From assembly GCA_964270895.1 (NCBI GenBank), contig OZ185440.1: a DNA stretch of 64,000 nt. One strand, given 5' to 3'. Below are positions 39,441-52,187 of this stretch, piece after piece (the stretch's first letter is position 1; every line of letters starts with the position of its first letter). Both the position numbers and the translations under genes were made by a program. Source of the DNA: Podarcis filfolensis. Taxonomy: Eukaryota. Below the pieces are notes generated by a model, which was not told where the DNA came from, did not search any database, and saw only the letters and a program-made list of their open reading frames with translations.

Positions 39441-42400
39441 TACAGAGGCGGCTTCAGACAAGAGTATTTCTCATCCTAACCTGGAAATGTCAGGGTCTGA
39501 ATCTAGGGTCTGTTGCAAGGCATGTGTTCTACCTCTGAGCTACAGGGACATATGTTTTACCCCATTTCTTGCTGCCTATAGCAAAGACATAAAAAGAGTA
39601 CTTTGCAAACCTCTGTGGGACTATTGAGTAATACAAAAAGGAATTGGTTGAGGGGTTTGGTTTTTTTTGTTCCATCATAAGCATCTGCCTAAGCATTAAC
39701 TGACAGGCCTGAATCAAACGGGGTGGTGAAAAGGAGCATATGCCCTGTGTGGCAGGTTAGCGGAGAGGAAAAACTGCTGAGTGGCTATAGAAAGTCCTTC
39801 CTCCTTGCCCACCCCAAGAAGAGGAAGGTGAGAAGCTGAAGCAGGATGGGACGCAAAGGGGAGAAAGAGGGGCCTGGTGCCAGTGGCAGACTTTGGGTTT
39901 TCAAATTTCAGCAGTGCCCTGTGCCATGCTGAAATTCAGCACATGCACACACACACAGAGCCTCTTGCCTTCCGTTCTAAGTCATTGTTTTGACATTCAG
40001 TGCAGGTGAACCAGTCATGCTTGGCTAAATCCACCTCTGCTGCTACTCAAGTCCTGCTAGGGAAGCTGAACCTGAACTTGGCCAGCAGACCAGGACAAGC
40101 TCAGAGTCAGAGCTTCCCAGCGTGTGTGTGTGTGTTGAGGTTCCACCATACAAAAACAGGGAAGGGGGGGAGGAGGAAAAAGAGCCTCAAGCAAACCAGC
40201 TCCTCCATCCATTGATCACTGCCTATCGGGGTCTTTGCTCACCCCCAATCCCTGCATGCCATTTCCCATGACAGAGCAACCCACCATTTCTCAGTGTTGC
40301 AAAGAGTTGGAGGAGGGCAAGATGCTGCCTTCAAGACTGTCTGGCTGAGGCTGGGGAAGCACTTGAGGTCCCACCTGCCTGCCAAGTTGAGGTGTAGGGG
40401 CCCCCAGGCAGGCTTCCTTCTTGCCGGGGTGGGCGGCAGTACAGACTTTTGCCCCCTTTGGCAAAATTCGTAGATGCGACACTGCTAGCTAGAAGTACCG
40501 AGCAGCAGCAGCAACTGATCCTAATTACTTTAGGCAAAAAACAGGTATGAGTCTCCTGGAGCCAATAGTCAGGATCTATATCAGCATAAATTAAATAAAA
40601 ATACAGCTATTCTGTTCTGCAGCTATTACTGTTCCCAGTGAGCAAATGCAAAGAGATGAAGGAGTTTCAGCATGCTCCATGCTCTCAAAGATCACACTGG
40701 GAGAACTGGTCATTTCTAGAAAATGATTTTCTGGTGGGTGGGGTCTGAAAGAGCAACACTTGCATATATGAAAATGCACTTCATATGTACCCCAGGGGTG
40801 GGACATGGAATTATACATGATGACTGGAATGAAATACCAACTCATTTTTTAAATGTTATTTCACAACTTACCCAAGTCCCTAACCATGGTCAGGCTTTGT
40901 CTGTTCAAAGGCCTTTCCCTTGATGCTGGGCTTTCATATTGAAAGAAGAAAAACACTAAGGATGCAGCCCTAATCTCATTTACATGGGAGTAAGTCCTAC
41001 TGAATTCAATAGGACTTACTTCTAAATAGATAAGGGTAGGGTTACACTGTAAGCCTTTAGCAGGCCTTTCACTTTTAGGAGCGATAACAAAAAAAACTCA
41101 CATGCGGTATTCTACCAAATTGCTCATTAAGAAGAAAAACTGCTTCCAGGCTCCTGAGCAATAAATGCAAAAGCTTTGGGGATATTTGACAAGCTCGGTA
41201 CTTATGCTTATTAATATTAAAATGGGAATATCTTTAAAATGCTAATTGAATGAATGCTCCAATCCTATGCACATTTACTCAAAAGTAAGCCCCACTGAGC
41301 TCAGTGGGACTTAGTCCAAAGAAAGTGTATGCAGCATTACAGCTGACATAACTTTATTTTGAATTTCTTAGACTACCTATAATTAGCTACATACTATTTT
41401 GTACCTCCTCCTCTGTCAAATGGTTGGCTACAGCCTGCCCAAAATGCCTAGGGCCAAAGCAGACCAGATGAGATGCAGAAATAGAATCCCAGTTTTATTA
41501 AACTTCAACAAATAGCAGCTGCATGGGAGCCCAATTATAATGTCTCAATAAGATGAGTGGGCTGAAGGCTCCTCCCATCCTTGCTTAACACACACACAAA
41601 ATAGAGGGTGGTAGTCAACTAAGTTTCACACACAGTTCAGTTCGGTCCATTATAGTCAACGAGTCTTTTAGCAGGGAATTTTCCTAAGGTTGTCTGACCC
41701 CACCCCCATCAGTCACTCCCATGGCTCTGGACTCTGGTCTTGGGTAAGTTGGGAACTAACATTTAAAACCTGAAGCCACATTTAATTTCAATCATCACAT
41801 ATCACTCCATGTTCTACCAACCAGGGATGCATAACAGCTTCCTTTTCAGGAGTTGCTCTTTCAAAACCTAGGCAGCAAACCTGATGCCAATCTCCAGTTT
41901 GTCCGAAATGTATCACTTCTAAGGCAGAACTAATTTTGCTGATATTCTGGAAACCTTCAACGACACTCTACCCTTGAATACATTTATTATTCCTTCCTTC
42001 TCTCTCCCCCAGAACACTGCACATTAAAACCAGAAACACTGCTCCAGTGAGGACTGCAGGAGATTATACATTTAAATAAAACATGCACAGAATTAATAAT
42101 AAAAGTTAAAAATAGAGAAATTAGTCAGCTTGAGTTTGGCGCTTTTTGAACCTGGCACTTTCTGTTGCTATGCAGGGCAACAGAAAAGGGTGCTGGATTC
42201 AGAGAGTGCCCAATTCAAGCAGACGCTGGGAAGGAAGAATCATAAGAGAGCACTCCTAAGTCGTCTTTTTCAAGCTGGCATCTCAACTTTACCTGTGCAG
42301 CACATCAAATCATATGATGCCAGGTGATTAACTGGCTGACGTGTTTTTTCCCTAAATGGCCTGGTGGGCATAATTAGGCCTATGAGCTAGAGATCTCCCA

Positions 42401-45400
42401 CTGCTGCTGCAAACTCTTCAACACCACGATTCCATTCTATGAGAAGGGAGGCAAAAAGCACCACCCACACTCCAGCCTCTGAATGCGTGAGTGGCAACTA
42501 ACTGTCACAAGCTCCCACCTTGCTTGCTCCATCTTTACTCTGGACACCCAGAGGTTATCTTGTTTTAGCTCACCCCTGGGTGATTTCCCCCCTCAGTCAC
42601 AAGAGCTGCCTGAAACTGGACTGCAGAAAGGGTTGTGTTATATATAAGTTTAGACAAGTTTGTGTTTGTGAGGTTTCTTTTCATGGCTGTGCTACATATG
42701 CAATGTACTAGTGCGATAAACTGCCTCAAGGTATGATACTTTAAAATGGTAGCTGTGGGCCTCCTGGAAAGATGAGCAAATGAATAAAGTGAAATAAGCC
42801 CCACTGCATCTCGAGGAGGAGGGATGTTTTGCTACCTGCCTGGGATGGCAAAAATGTGAGGGTAGTCAAATATCTGGCTGTTGGGTTGCCTTTGGCTGAG
42901 TGGATCATTCAGCTTTCTCTTCGTGTAATTGGTTAAGCAAGACTAACTTAAATCCTTTGATTTCAAAGAGTCTACTCTTGAGTATGACTAGATTCAACCT
43001 TCAGTTAAAAGGCAGTTGATTAATCAACTAAACATGATTTAATTGGCTGACAGGCCTAAAGCAGTGTTATTGCCAGGTTCGTCTCTAACTGTTTGGCTGT
43101 GAGAATAATCCTCCTGCTGGAGCAAGTTCCACCAACACCTATGAGATTGACTTCTAGCAGGGATGGGCCATGCGGCATTTTTGAATGCATAATCAGCATT
43201 CATTCCCTGAGATTCATGCTTGTGAAGAGATGGGGAAGTGCAAAGAACACCTCGGCTTGCCTCCTATAAATATATCATTCAGCCATTTCACATAGTTGAA
43301 GTCACGTGCTTCTCACTCTACCTAAATCTGAAGGAGAAAGAATTGGGGAGAACATTCATCCTCCTCACCTCCAGTGACCACTTAGGACAGAGGCCTATGC
43401 CTCCCTTGGACCCCGAGGGAACTGTTGGATGGTAGGTTTGCTGCTCCTGGTGTTATTTGGGGGAATCAGCCACCTATGGGGTGCTCACTTTGCTAACAGA
43501 TGGCTCAGTAATGGTAACTTCAAATTGCCTGCTTTAGTTTCTTCTCAAGTTCTTTTTCAAGAGTTCCAAAATAATCAATTTTGTTTGTATTGTTTAAGTC
43601 TTGGGAGTTGCAGGCACAAATAATTATGCACAGCACTGCACCCCCAATAGAACACCATTGTTGCTACATTTTGGCACAGACAAAAGCTACAATTAAAACA
43701 TCAAAATGGTATTTCTTGGTCATTTTGAAGAAGGAATTAGAATGAAGAAGAGCCCTACCCACGGCTATGACAGCCGAAATGGAATTCCTAAGTCCAGAGA
43801 CTATATGCCACGAAATACCAGTTGCTGGAGGGACAATCAGTTGTGAGGTCTCTTGCCTTCAAGTCTTGCTGGTTGGTTTCCAGAAGGAATTTGTTTGGTC
43901 ACTCAGGGAAAACTGGATGATGGCATTAGATAAATGTTTGGTTTGATCCATAAGGCCACCTTTGTTCTTAACTGAGAAAGAACTGTCAAGGGTGGAGCTC
44001 AGACATATAGTTACACCCACAGCATACATGCAGTACAAGAAGCCATACAAAAATGGAACAAAAACAGCATTCTGGCTGTTGTACCAGCTCTTTGCAGGTG
44101 CAATTTCGGGTGTAACAAGATACCAAAAAAAAAAAAAAAAAAAAGATAAACCAGTAACAAAATTGCAAGAGAGAAAATGTACTTTTACAGACTACAAGTT
44201 AAATTCGGAAAGCCTTGACATTCCCAGATCTTTAAAAAGCACACACAACACACAAATGCAAGTATCGTATATGGCAAGCGTGGTGAACTACCTCAACCAT
44301 TTCAGCCAATGGAATGTAACAATGGTCTGTACAATGACCAGAGATTAAAAAGTATTAATACCCACGCAACTGGCAGCTATTTATGTGCAATTTTCCTCTG
44401 CTTTGTTTCATTGCCTTTGATTTTTGTTTCCATTGTCTATACTGTTCATATCAGTTTTCATTAAGGAAAAACAGGCATGCACAGGAGAAATTAAAGTCAC
44501 TCTTTGTTGACATACTAGAAAGTTACTGCGATCTGACTCGCAGGCAACCTGCCATGTTACATAGGAGGGGGGGGAAGGAGCAAACAGTCAGTTTCCCAAG
44601 GTAGATTCCAGTCAGCGGTCAATGGGGGTGGGTGCAGGAAAGGGAGTACTACAGTGCCAGAAGGTTAGACAGCCCTGATCCTCCGATTTAAAGACAAACA
44701 CTCTTCTTCAGGTTTGTGAGATGTGTCTTTATCGTTACTCCTTAGTTAAAGCGAAATGCAGGTGGTGGTGGTGCTAGAAGTCCCTAAGGGACAGTTTAGA
44801 ACTAGTTAGAACAGATAATCTGGTTTGATAGCTACTAAAATAATAATCCTGTGGTATCTTAAAGACTAAAACTGATCAAAGTGTAAGCCTATGGCACGCC
44901 AAGTGTGTTCATCCCATAAATGTACCTTTTTTTGCTACAACAGAGGCTACCCTCTGGAATGGGTCACTAAGAGGCACCAACAACAAAAAGAGCACCATGT
45001 CCAGCATATAGGAAACATGGAGGATAATGATCCAACAATGAAAATCACTACCCGCTATAGTACTGCGCTGGCTTCAGTCTGTTCCAGGAAAACTAGAGAT
45101 TTCCTCCACCTTCCCTGGTGGTGGCTTGAAGTTAGCCTCTCCAGCCCCCATTTAAGCATTCCCACAAATGGCCTGCCAGCCCTCCAAGGAGGTTTTGCTC
45201 ACAGCAAGCTGTTAGCATGCTGGCCAAGTAGTGTACTGGCCCCCACAAGACCCCCTAGGCAAAAGGTAGCCAAGTGAACTTCTGAGGTGTGTCTGCCTTG
45301 CTCCAACCCTTCCTGAAGCTACAGCATTCATTGATGCCGAAGAAACAATGCTCTTCTAACGTGCCTTTTGCTCCACTAGCATCGCAGACTACTTTGGCGT

Positions 45401-45532
45401 CGAGTTTTATTCTAGTCAACACAATTTGATTTGATTGAAGCCAAGTGCTTTTTTCTAAGGCATTTCAAATGTAGACCCCCCCCCCTCCTCTACTCCAGGA
45501 TATGAAAGCCCCCTGCTCTTCCCCGCCGGTAC

Positions 45533-45709
45533 CTCTTTGCAGGCGTGCAGCTCCTCTCCCGGAGTAGCGGCGCCTGCCCAAAGCAGCGACAGCAGAGAAA
45601 GCAGCAGAAGCGGCAGGCGCCTCCGCCCGAGCTCGGCACCAGGGAGGCACCGCCAGCACCCAGCTGTATCCGGCCGAGGAGGATGGACACTGCCAGCGGC
45701 CCCAGCCAT
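45533..45709 (-). CDS. ELAPOR1: ELAPOR1 (KIAA1324/EIG121) coding exon 1, signal peptide
   Basis: ATG in good Kozak context (ccacgATGG) at 45709, in a CpG island. Encodes MAGAAG...LPLLLLSLLSLLWAGAATPGEELHACKE (59 aa, hydrophobic core; ELHACKE matches recalled human ELAPOR1). GT donor at 45532. Phase 0. Confidence 0.92.
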
Positions 45710-45889
45710 CGTGGCGCAGGAGCGGCACTGAGCAGCTTCCCCGCGCGTCTGGATGAGGCGGCCACCGACTCACAGGTGCAGCGGCGGCGGCAAGAGGAGC
45801 AGCAGCAGCAGAAGCAGCAAGCGGCGCTCTCAGGCGGAGATGGGATGCGGGAGCCCCGCCCCCTGCCCGCCTCGCACCGCCTACACCTC

Positions 45890-45902
45890 GCTGCCTAGCA
45901 AC
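45890..45902. promoter_or_regulatory. X-box-like RFX motif upstream of ELAPOR1
   Basis: GCTGCCTAGCAAC, ~180 bp upstream of the ELAPOR1 ATG. Confidence 0.4.
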
Positions 45903-46386
45903 CGCAGCTGCCTCCGCCGCGCCAGCCTCCGGCTCCCGCGCACCTGAGGCGGCTTGAAAGATGCGCCCGGGGGACAGAGGCCGTTTGCTGCTGGCGCGCG
46001 CGTCTTTCGAAGGGCGCGGAGCCTCTTGGCGCGCTCGCCGCCGCCGCGTGACAGGCCGCGCAACCATAACAAACAAAAGCCCGCCTAATTTTGAACAATA
46101 GGAAACGGCGTAGCCGGGGGGGGGGGGGAGAGAGGTTCAAGGGTTAGGGTGCAAGCCTAACGTCGTTGGCCTGGGAGTCAGCCGCGCTGGATTCAGCAAG
46201 AGTTGCTTCTGAGTAGACGCGGGTTAGGCTCGCTCGGGGAACGACTAGGCCGCACCACCTGCTGAAACCACTCCACGGGGCGAACAACTTGAATTTGGAA
46301 GGGGGGCGATCAAGCCCCACCCCACATAATCGTTCACATGGCATACACACTATTTGAATGACGACGCACATCAACTCAGCGGGGGC

Positions 46387-46823
46387 CGTTCCCAATTTAT
46401 GTATAAACTAAATAAGATATAGCTTGCCCCCCCCGAAATATTTAAAGGGGGGGACTGGGTGTACATTTCCAAAATATAAGATAAAAAACATAAAATAAAA
46501 CCTACATACAGCAAGTGTTTCGTGTTGTGTAGGCTTCTATGATGCAAGCAATGGGCCCCCAATCATTTTAAGTTACAGCTTAATAATTATTTCACTATTA
46601 ATATACTTCCTAAATGTATTTCAGTTCAACAATTGCTTTGATTAAATACATATTTTATGTGCAAATGGCTTTAGATACCCATTAGGTCCATAAATTACCA
46701 TATAGCTCATATATTCAACACAAAAAACAGCGACAATTTGTTGTTGACAAAGGACAGCTGGACATATAAAGGGCCCCATTACCTTCAGTAGCTTAGGGCC
46801 TCATCAAACCTAAATCCGGCCCT
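46387..46823. mobile_element. Putative non-autonomous DNA transposon (Harbinger-N-like) inside the divergent promoter
   Basis: AT-rich 437-bp block interrupting the CpG-rich region; right end AGGGCCGGATTTA (on - strand), degenerate left counterpart CGTTCCCAATTTA. Confidence 0.4.
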
Positions 46824-48146
46824 CTTCAGCCCCCTCAAATATCTCATTGGAAAGGCCGAAGGAACCTCGGGGCCCGGCCCCTGAGAACTACGGTATCTGC
46901 TGTGAATCACTCGCAGAACACTCCCGCTCTTTAGGCTTAAAAGGACCTTGAATATTATAGGTTTGTTGTGACAGCTCAGATTTTTCCTCTTCTTCTGTTC
47001 TAACGGGCCTCCCTACCACGTTTACAGAACGACTATGCCCACTGATGTGGTTGGTATAAATGGGGTGCTTTCGGTGTAGGAAGCTTAGAACTGGGTACCG
47101 ATCTATTTGCAGCGATCTATTTCCATGATCTTTCCCTGGTTGGTGGTTTATTCGAGAGCACCACAGAAAAGCAGCAAACCACGGAAAGCCAGTTTAAAAC
47201 AGCAGCGAAACTGAACATTGAAAGCGCGCGCGCGCTGTTTTAAAAATCAGTTTTTGTCTGGAAAACAGCAAGGAAGAAGCCTGACCACTCTGAATTGGAA
47301 AAGTATTTCATTTTTATTTATTTTTCATAAATCATTTTTATTGGGTTTTACAAATACAAAGTACAAATAAAAACAAATTAGGGGGGGGAGTATCTATATT
47401 GGAAGAGTATTTTCCATGCAGCTGCTATTTGCCGCCAGCGAGGAGATCCTGTCTCTTGGGTCTCAGCAAAAGCCCGTCGTTTCTAACTCTTCATGCTATT
47501 GCACGGCCGCGTGCATCTGTTGCACGAGCGTGCTGCTTGGAATGGCGCGTGTCTTTGCACCAGGCCCTCCCTGATGTCTCTTCCTTTCTTTTCCCGGGAG
47601 GTAGGCGGCAGGGATGTTGTTTTAAACTTAAGAGGGCAAATGTTCCTTCCCGCTTTTAGCATACCCACGCGGCTGTTATAAACCGGTTTTCCTCGCAAAC
47701 GTTATTAACAGGGAACCCACTTGCAAGTCTTTAAATAGGAAAACTACATATACAATTAAGAGCGAGATTAACTATTCGGTGCACTTGAACTACCAGCTAT
47801 ATAAAATCCTAAAAAAAACCAAACCTATTTTGGTAAATAAAATAATAATAATCCGCCAACGTCTTTTATTTCTGGGGATCGCGGCGTCAAGTCCGGAGCA
47901 TCTTCTCTCCTCCCCGCCCCCGCCTCTCCCGATCTCTGTGCTGACTAGTCGGCTAATTACACGTTGCTCTCTCAGAAGACCAATAGCCTTGCGCCCTCCC
48001 ATTTGCACCGTCCTCCTTTCCTGCTGTTTATCCCTCCGGGAAAATTCTGACGTTTCCTTCCCTGCGCCGCTTTTTATGCTACCATTTCCAGCCATTAGAG
48101 GGCGCCTTAGAGGTTGTGCTGCGGGCTCTAAAAGCCCGGGAAGACG

Positions 48147-48180
48147 GTCGCTTAGCAACCGCCGCCGGTTCCTAAACAAA
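48147..48180 (+). promoter_or_regulatory. RFX X-box plus forkhead (FOXJ1-type) motif upstream of CFAP276
   Basis: GTCGCTTAGCAAC (48147-48159) and TAAACAAA (48173-48180), ~70-105 bp upstream of the ATG of a ciliary gene. Confidence 0.6.
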
Positions 48181-48251
48181 CCTGACACGCGGCGAGAGGG
48201 AACCCGCGATCTGCTTTTGCTGCCGCCACTGGATCGCCCATCCTCTGGAGC

Positions 48252-48332
48252 ATGCCAACCACCAGGGACCCCTTTCCATTCCCACACTATGAAAATGAAG
48301 AGACCTGCACGGGCAACAACAGATGTACCCAG
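48252..48332 (+). CDS. CFAP276: CFAP276 (C1orf194) coding exon 1 (81 nt)
   Basis: MPTTRDPFPFPHYENEETCTGNNRCTQ then gtaag donor; resembles recalled human MPPTRDPF start; CpG island, head-to-head with ELAPOR1. Confidence 0.9.
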
Positions 48333-49881
48333 GTAAGAGGGCCACCTATTAAGAATGCCCTCACCCATTTAAAAACACTTTTAAATGCACCCCTTTACAT
48401 TTATATTAACAAAGTGCCTAAAGTTATCCTCATCGGAGGGCTCATGCTATTGAACCTCTTTGGCATTAATGCAACTCTTGCTTCTACCTGACCTCATTGC
48501 TCTACCGTCAGGTGAGAAATGTTATTTGATTGTATTTTTTTTATCCTGCTTTTCAGACAAATATTGCCACCTAAAGAAGCTCAGGTCTATTGTTTGTTTC
48601 ATTTCTCAGTAGCTTTCAGAAGAAAAAGTCTCAAAACAGTTTGACAATAAAATACAGCACGTATAAACTATTTAAAAGCAGAGAGGAAAAAACACTAGCA
48701 GAGAAGTCTGAACCTGGCAACTAACAGATTTTATTGCTTTGGTTTTTTTGTAAATTGCTTTGAGGTTTTTTACGGTCAAGCAGTGTACTAATTTTATGTA
48801 ACAAACAAATAAATAAAAACTGACGAAGATGGTGGCAGGCATCTCTCCCTAGCAACAGCATTCCATAGACAAGAACACAATGGAAAAAGGCCTTTTGTTG
48901 TGTTTGAATTATTTTTAAAGAGACACAAGACTCAGGCTTACAAACAAAACAACAACAAAGAAAGGGGGGGAGAGATACACAATAGTTTCAAATCAGGCAT
49001 TTATACGCACATTTGGGCCAGGCCATTCTTCGCTTGTGGTGTTTTTCGCAGAAATGCAAAGGAAGGATGTAAAAAGAGCCCATTTATGCTGAAGTTCAAC
49101 CAAACTATTAACCTGGATTAAAAGGGGTTTGAATGGGAGGAATGTTATATAGTCCTGCTTAACTTTCACTGGGTAGAGGAAACTTCTTATGAAAAATAAA
49201 GATTGATAAAAAGGAAACTGAGAGGGAAAGCCAAAGCAGGAGGGTTAGATATCTTCAGAACACTTGGGAATGGGGGAGGAAGGGTTATCCAAAACTACAG
49301 TAATAGAAGCTGAGCTACTACTTATACTGCAGATCAGGAAAGACGTCACAAAATCCAAAATAAGGCCAGAGTGATTAGCAAATGAGAACAAAACAAAACA
49401 AAAAAAGACAAATTTTGGCAAAACAAATGCAAGCAGACAGTGCAAAAGTAAGGCATTGAGGATCAAATCACCAAAACCATTAGGACTAACAATAATAAAA
49501 TGCTTTCAATACACCATAATCTGGAAAGCAACTAGAGAAGACCCCCCACCCCCGTTTAAAGATTTAACCGGCCCTTGGACCTCTCCTCAAGCCACTCCCC
49601 TCTCACAGGCCACCCCCTTACTTGGCTCCCTGAGCATTTTCCCGATTGCAGTTTGTCCTGGAACTCTGATAATGCCTCTTGCTTGCTTGTGTGCGCAAAC
49701 CATCCTATTGTAGAAAAGTAAAATGTGCATATGTTGCTTTGCCTACTTTTGTCTCTGCCTCCAGCCACCATTGGCATATGGCCCTCAGAAGGTTGCAGAG
49801 AAGGGAATGTGTCCCTTGGGCTAAGAAAGAAGATTCCCTACTCCTGCCAAGGAGTATTTGTCCTGGTTTACTGGCCGCACT

Positions 49882-50244
49882 GGTGGGACGCGGGTGGCGC
49901 TGTGGGTAAAACCTCAGCACCTAGGACTTGCCGATCGTATGGTCGGCGGTTCAAATCCCCACGGCGGGGTGAGCTCCCGTCGTTCGGTCCCAGCTCCTGC
50001 CCACCTAGCAGTTTGAAAGCACCCTTAAGTGCAAGTAGATAAATAGGTACCGCTTTATAGCGGGAAGGTAAACAGCGTTTCCGTGTGCTGCGCTGGTGCA
50101 GGCTCGCCAGAGCAGCTTCGTCACGCTGGCCACGTGACCGGAAGTGTCTTCGGACAGCGCTGGCCCCCGGCCTCTTAAGCGAGATGGGTGCGCAACCCCA
50201 GTTGGTCATGACTGGCCCGCACGGGCAGGGGTACCTTTACCTTT
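49882..50244 (+). mobile_element. Sauria SINE (Squam1), full length
   Basis: tRNA-like head (GGTGGCGCTGTGG..GGTTCAAATCC), diagnostic AAGTGCAAGTAGATAAATAGGTACC core, (ACCTTT)n tail. Confidence 0.9.
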
Positions 50245-50256
50245 ACCGGCCGCACT

Positions 50257-50747
50257 TAAAGCATCTTAAAAAGTAGAGACATCACCTTGCCAACAAAGGT
50301 CCGTATAGTAAAAGCTATGGTTTTCCCAGTAGTGATGTATGGAAGTGAGAGCTGAACCATAAAGAAGGCTGATCGCCAAAGAATTGCTGCTTTTGAATTA
50401 TGGTGCTGGAGGAGACTCTTGAGAGTCCCATGGACTGCAAGAAGATCAAACGCATCCATTCTTAAGGAAATCAGTCCTGAGTGCTCACTGGAAGGACAGA
50501 TTGTGAAGCTGAGGCTCCAATACTTTGGCCACCTCATGAGAAGAGAAGACTCCCTGGAAAAGACCCTGATGTTGGGCACAAGGAGAAGGGGACGACAGAA
50601 GACGAGATGGTTGGATAGTGTTCTTGAAGCTACCAACATGAGTTTGACCAAACTGCGGGAGGCAGTGGAAGACAGGAGTGCCTGGCATGCTCTGGTCCAT
50701 GGGGTCACGAAGAGTCGGACACAACTAAACGACTAAACAACAACAAC
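50257..50747 (+). mobile_element. BovB (RTE) LINE 3' fragment
   Basis: KSRDITLPTKVRIVKAMVFPVVMYGSES... ELWCWRRLLRVPWTARRSN..QYFGHLMRREDSLEKTLMLG; ends GGGGTCACGAAGAGTCGGACACAACTAAACGAC followed by (AAC)n. Confidence 0.92.
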
Positions 50748-51746
50748 ACTGGCCACACTAAGCCAATCTTTGCCTTTGCACAAAAATGCAGGCTCCCAGA
50801 GAGGAGCCTGCAGCCACTTTCTTCCTCCACACTCTTTATTTGCTGCAAAATAAAAAAGGGGGCTGGGAGAAGTGGCCCAATGACGCAGGCAGCACTTTCC
50901 TTCTTCTCCACTGTCACTCACCAGGAAATCTATTTTCATGTGGTCATAAATCTACCTCTCTGCACCCTCAGATTAGGATGCACATTACTGGTAGTCCAGG
51001 GAACATCTAAGAGAACCCCTCTGACCCACCTATCCCACAAATCTACCTTAACCTCAGTTGCGTTTGACCGGCTGGCTCCAGGTGTGAATCAGCAGTGACT
51101 TGTATGTTCCTGGTCAGATTGACTGGAGGGCACATCAACATAAGGAAGCAGCTATTTAAACTGGCTTTTGAGTGCCAGGTGGCACTTTGGAAGACAGAAG
51201 GCAATACTGGAAGATGTTGTCACAATGCACTCACCTCAGATAAGAATGCACATTATCAATACATTCCTTTTCCAAGCAAGATAAAGGACCACATCCATTC
51301 CCTTTCAACAACTTGGGTAGAGGGAACCCTACCCCATACATTATACTCTTTCCAATAATGGAAGAAAGTGTAAGTACATTGCAAGGAAGATTGTGGGAAT
51401 AGAGACAATACCAAATTTTATCAAAGGATGGTTCTAAAATCTCAAAGTGCCACAATATATTTTGGGACTGCTGAAGCCACTAATTTTACACAAATGCACT
51501 TTATGAAAAAGTACTTTTAAGAGTAACTTGGAGACTCTAGACAACAAGACTACTACTCTCTACAAATAAATGTAGCCTCAGCAATATATAAGTGCTCCTC
51601 GCTTAAAACACTTCTCGCCTTTCTCTTTAAACCAGACTGCTTCCTGGTGGTCTGCACACAGCAGCAAATCCACAGCACGTGGTCCATCTGCTGCAACCTG
51701 TTGCCATGCCAAGGCTGTCTTGCCAGGCTTTGTTCACTCCTTTTGA

Positions 51747-52187
51747 GGAAGAACAGTGGCTCAGCGGTAGAGATTCTACTCTGATTGATTGACTGGTTTT
51801 CTATACCACTTAATATATTAAAAATATTTCTACCGCTTAGTATATTAAAATATATCTAAGTGGTGTACAAAGGATGGCTGGCTAGCATCCATTGCCACAG
51901 CTGTGTCCCCTTCAGCTGCATTCTCCACCCCAGTTCCAGGTACAGTAAGTTTGTTGAGTTTCCCAGGGTGTCTAGAGGATGGAAAAAGCCTCCCCAGTTG
52001 TTCCTTCACCCTCTTGCTCTGTTCTACTCCTCCAGCCACTTTGCATGCAGAGGGTCCCAGGTTTAATTTCCAGACAGAGACACAGACCTCTGCCTAAAAC
52101 ACTGAAGACCCTCTGCCAGTCCATGTAGGCAATGCTAAGCTAAATGGACGGAGGGTCTAATTTAATATAATGTAGCTTCCTGTGTTC
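51747..52187 (+). mobile_element. tRNA-derived SINE (same family as 11031) interrupted by a ~240-bp insert
   Basis: Head TGGCTCAGCGGTAGAG, then resumes at CTTTGCATGCAGAGGGTCCCAGG; TTCTACTC direct repeats at 51774-51781 and 52022-52029. Confidence 0.5.

Larger units (their letters stand above)
45450..48350. promoter_or_regulatory. CpG-rich divergent promoter region between ELAPOR1 and CFAP276
   Basis: High CpG/GC density at 45480-46400 and 47400-48340; start codons of two divergent genes 2.5 kb apart. Confidence 0.8.

Noticed and set aside
45465-46076. 203-aa minus-strand ORF overlapping ELAPOR1 exon 1 (possible overlapping uORF from ATG 46067)
   Set aside because: Low-complexity Ala/Arg product typical of a CpG island. 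If spliced it would stop 5 nt into exon 2, and the TSS may lie downstream of 46067. Cannot be supported without TSS data.
47779-48368. Overlapping 185-aa (+) and 192-aa (-) ORFs at the CFAP276 promoter
   Set aside because: Stop-poor GC-rich sequence, no recognisable domain; the real CDS starts at 48252 in another frame.
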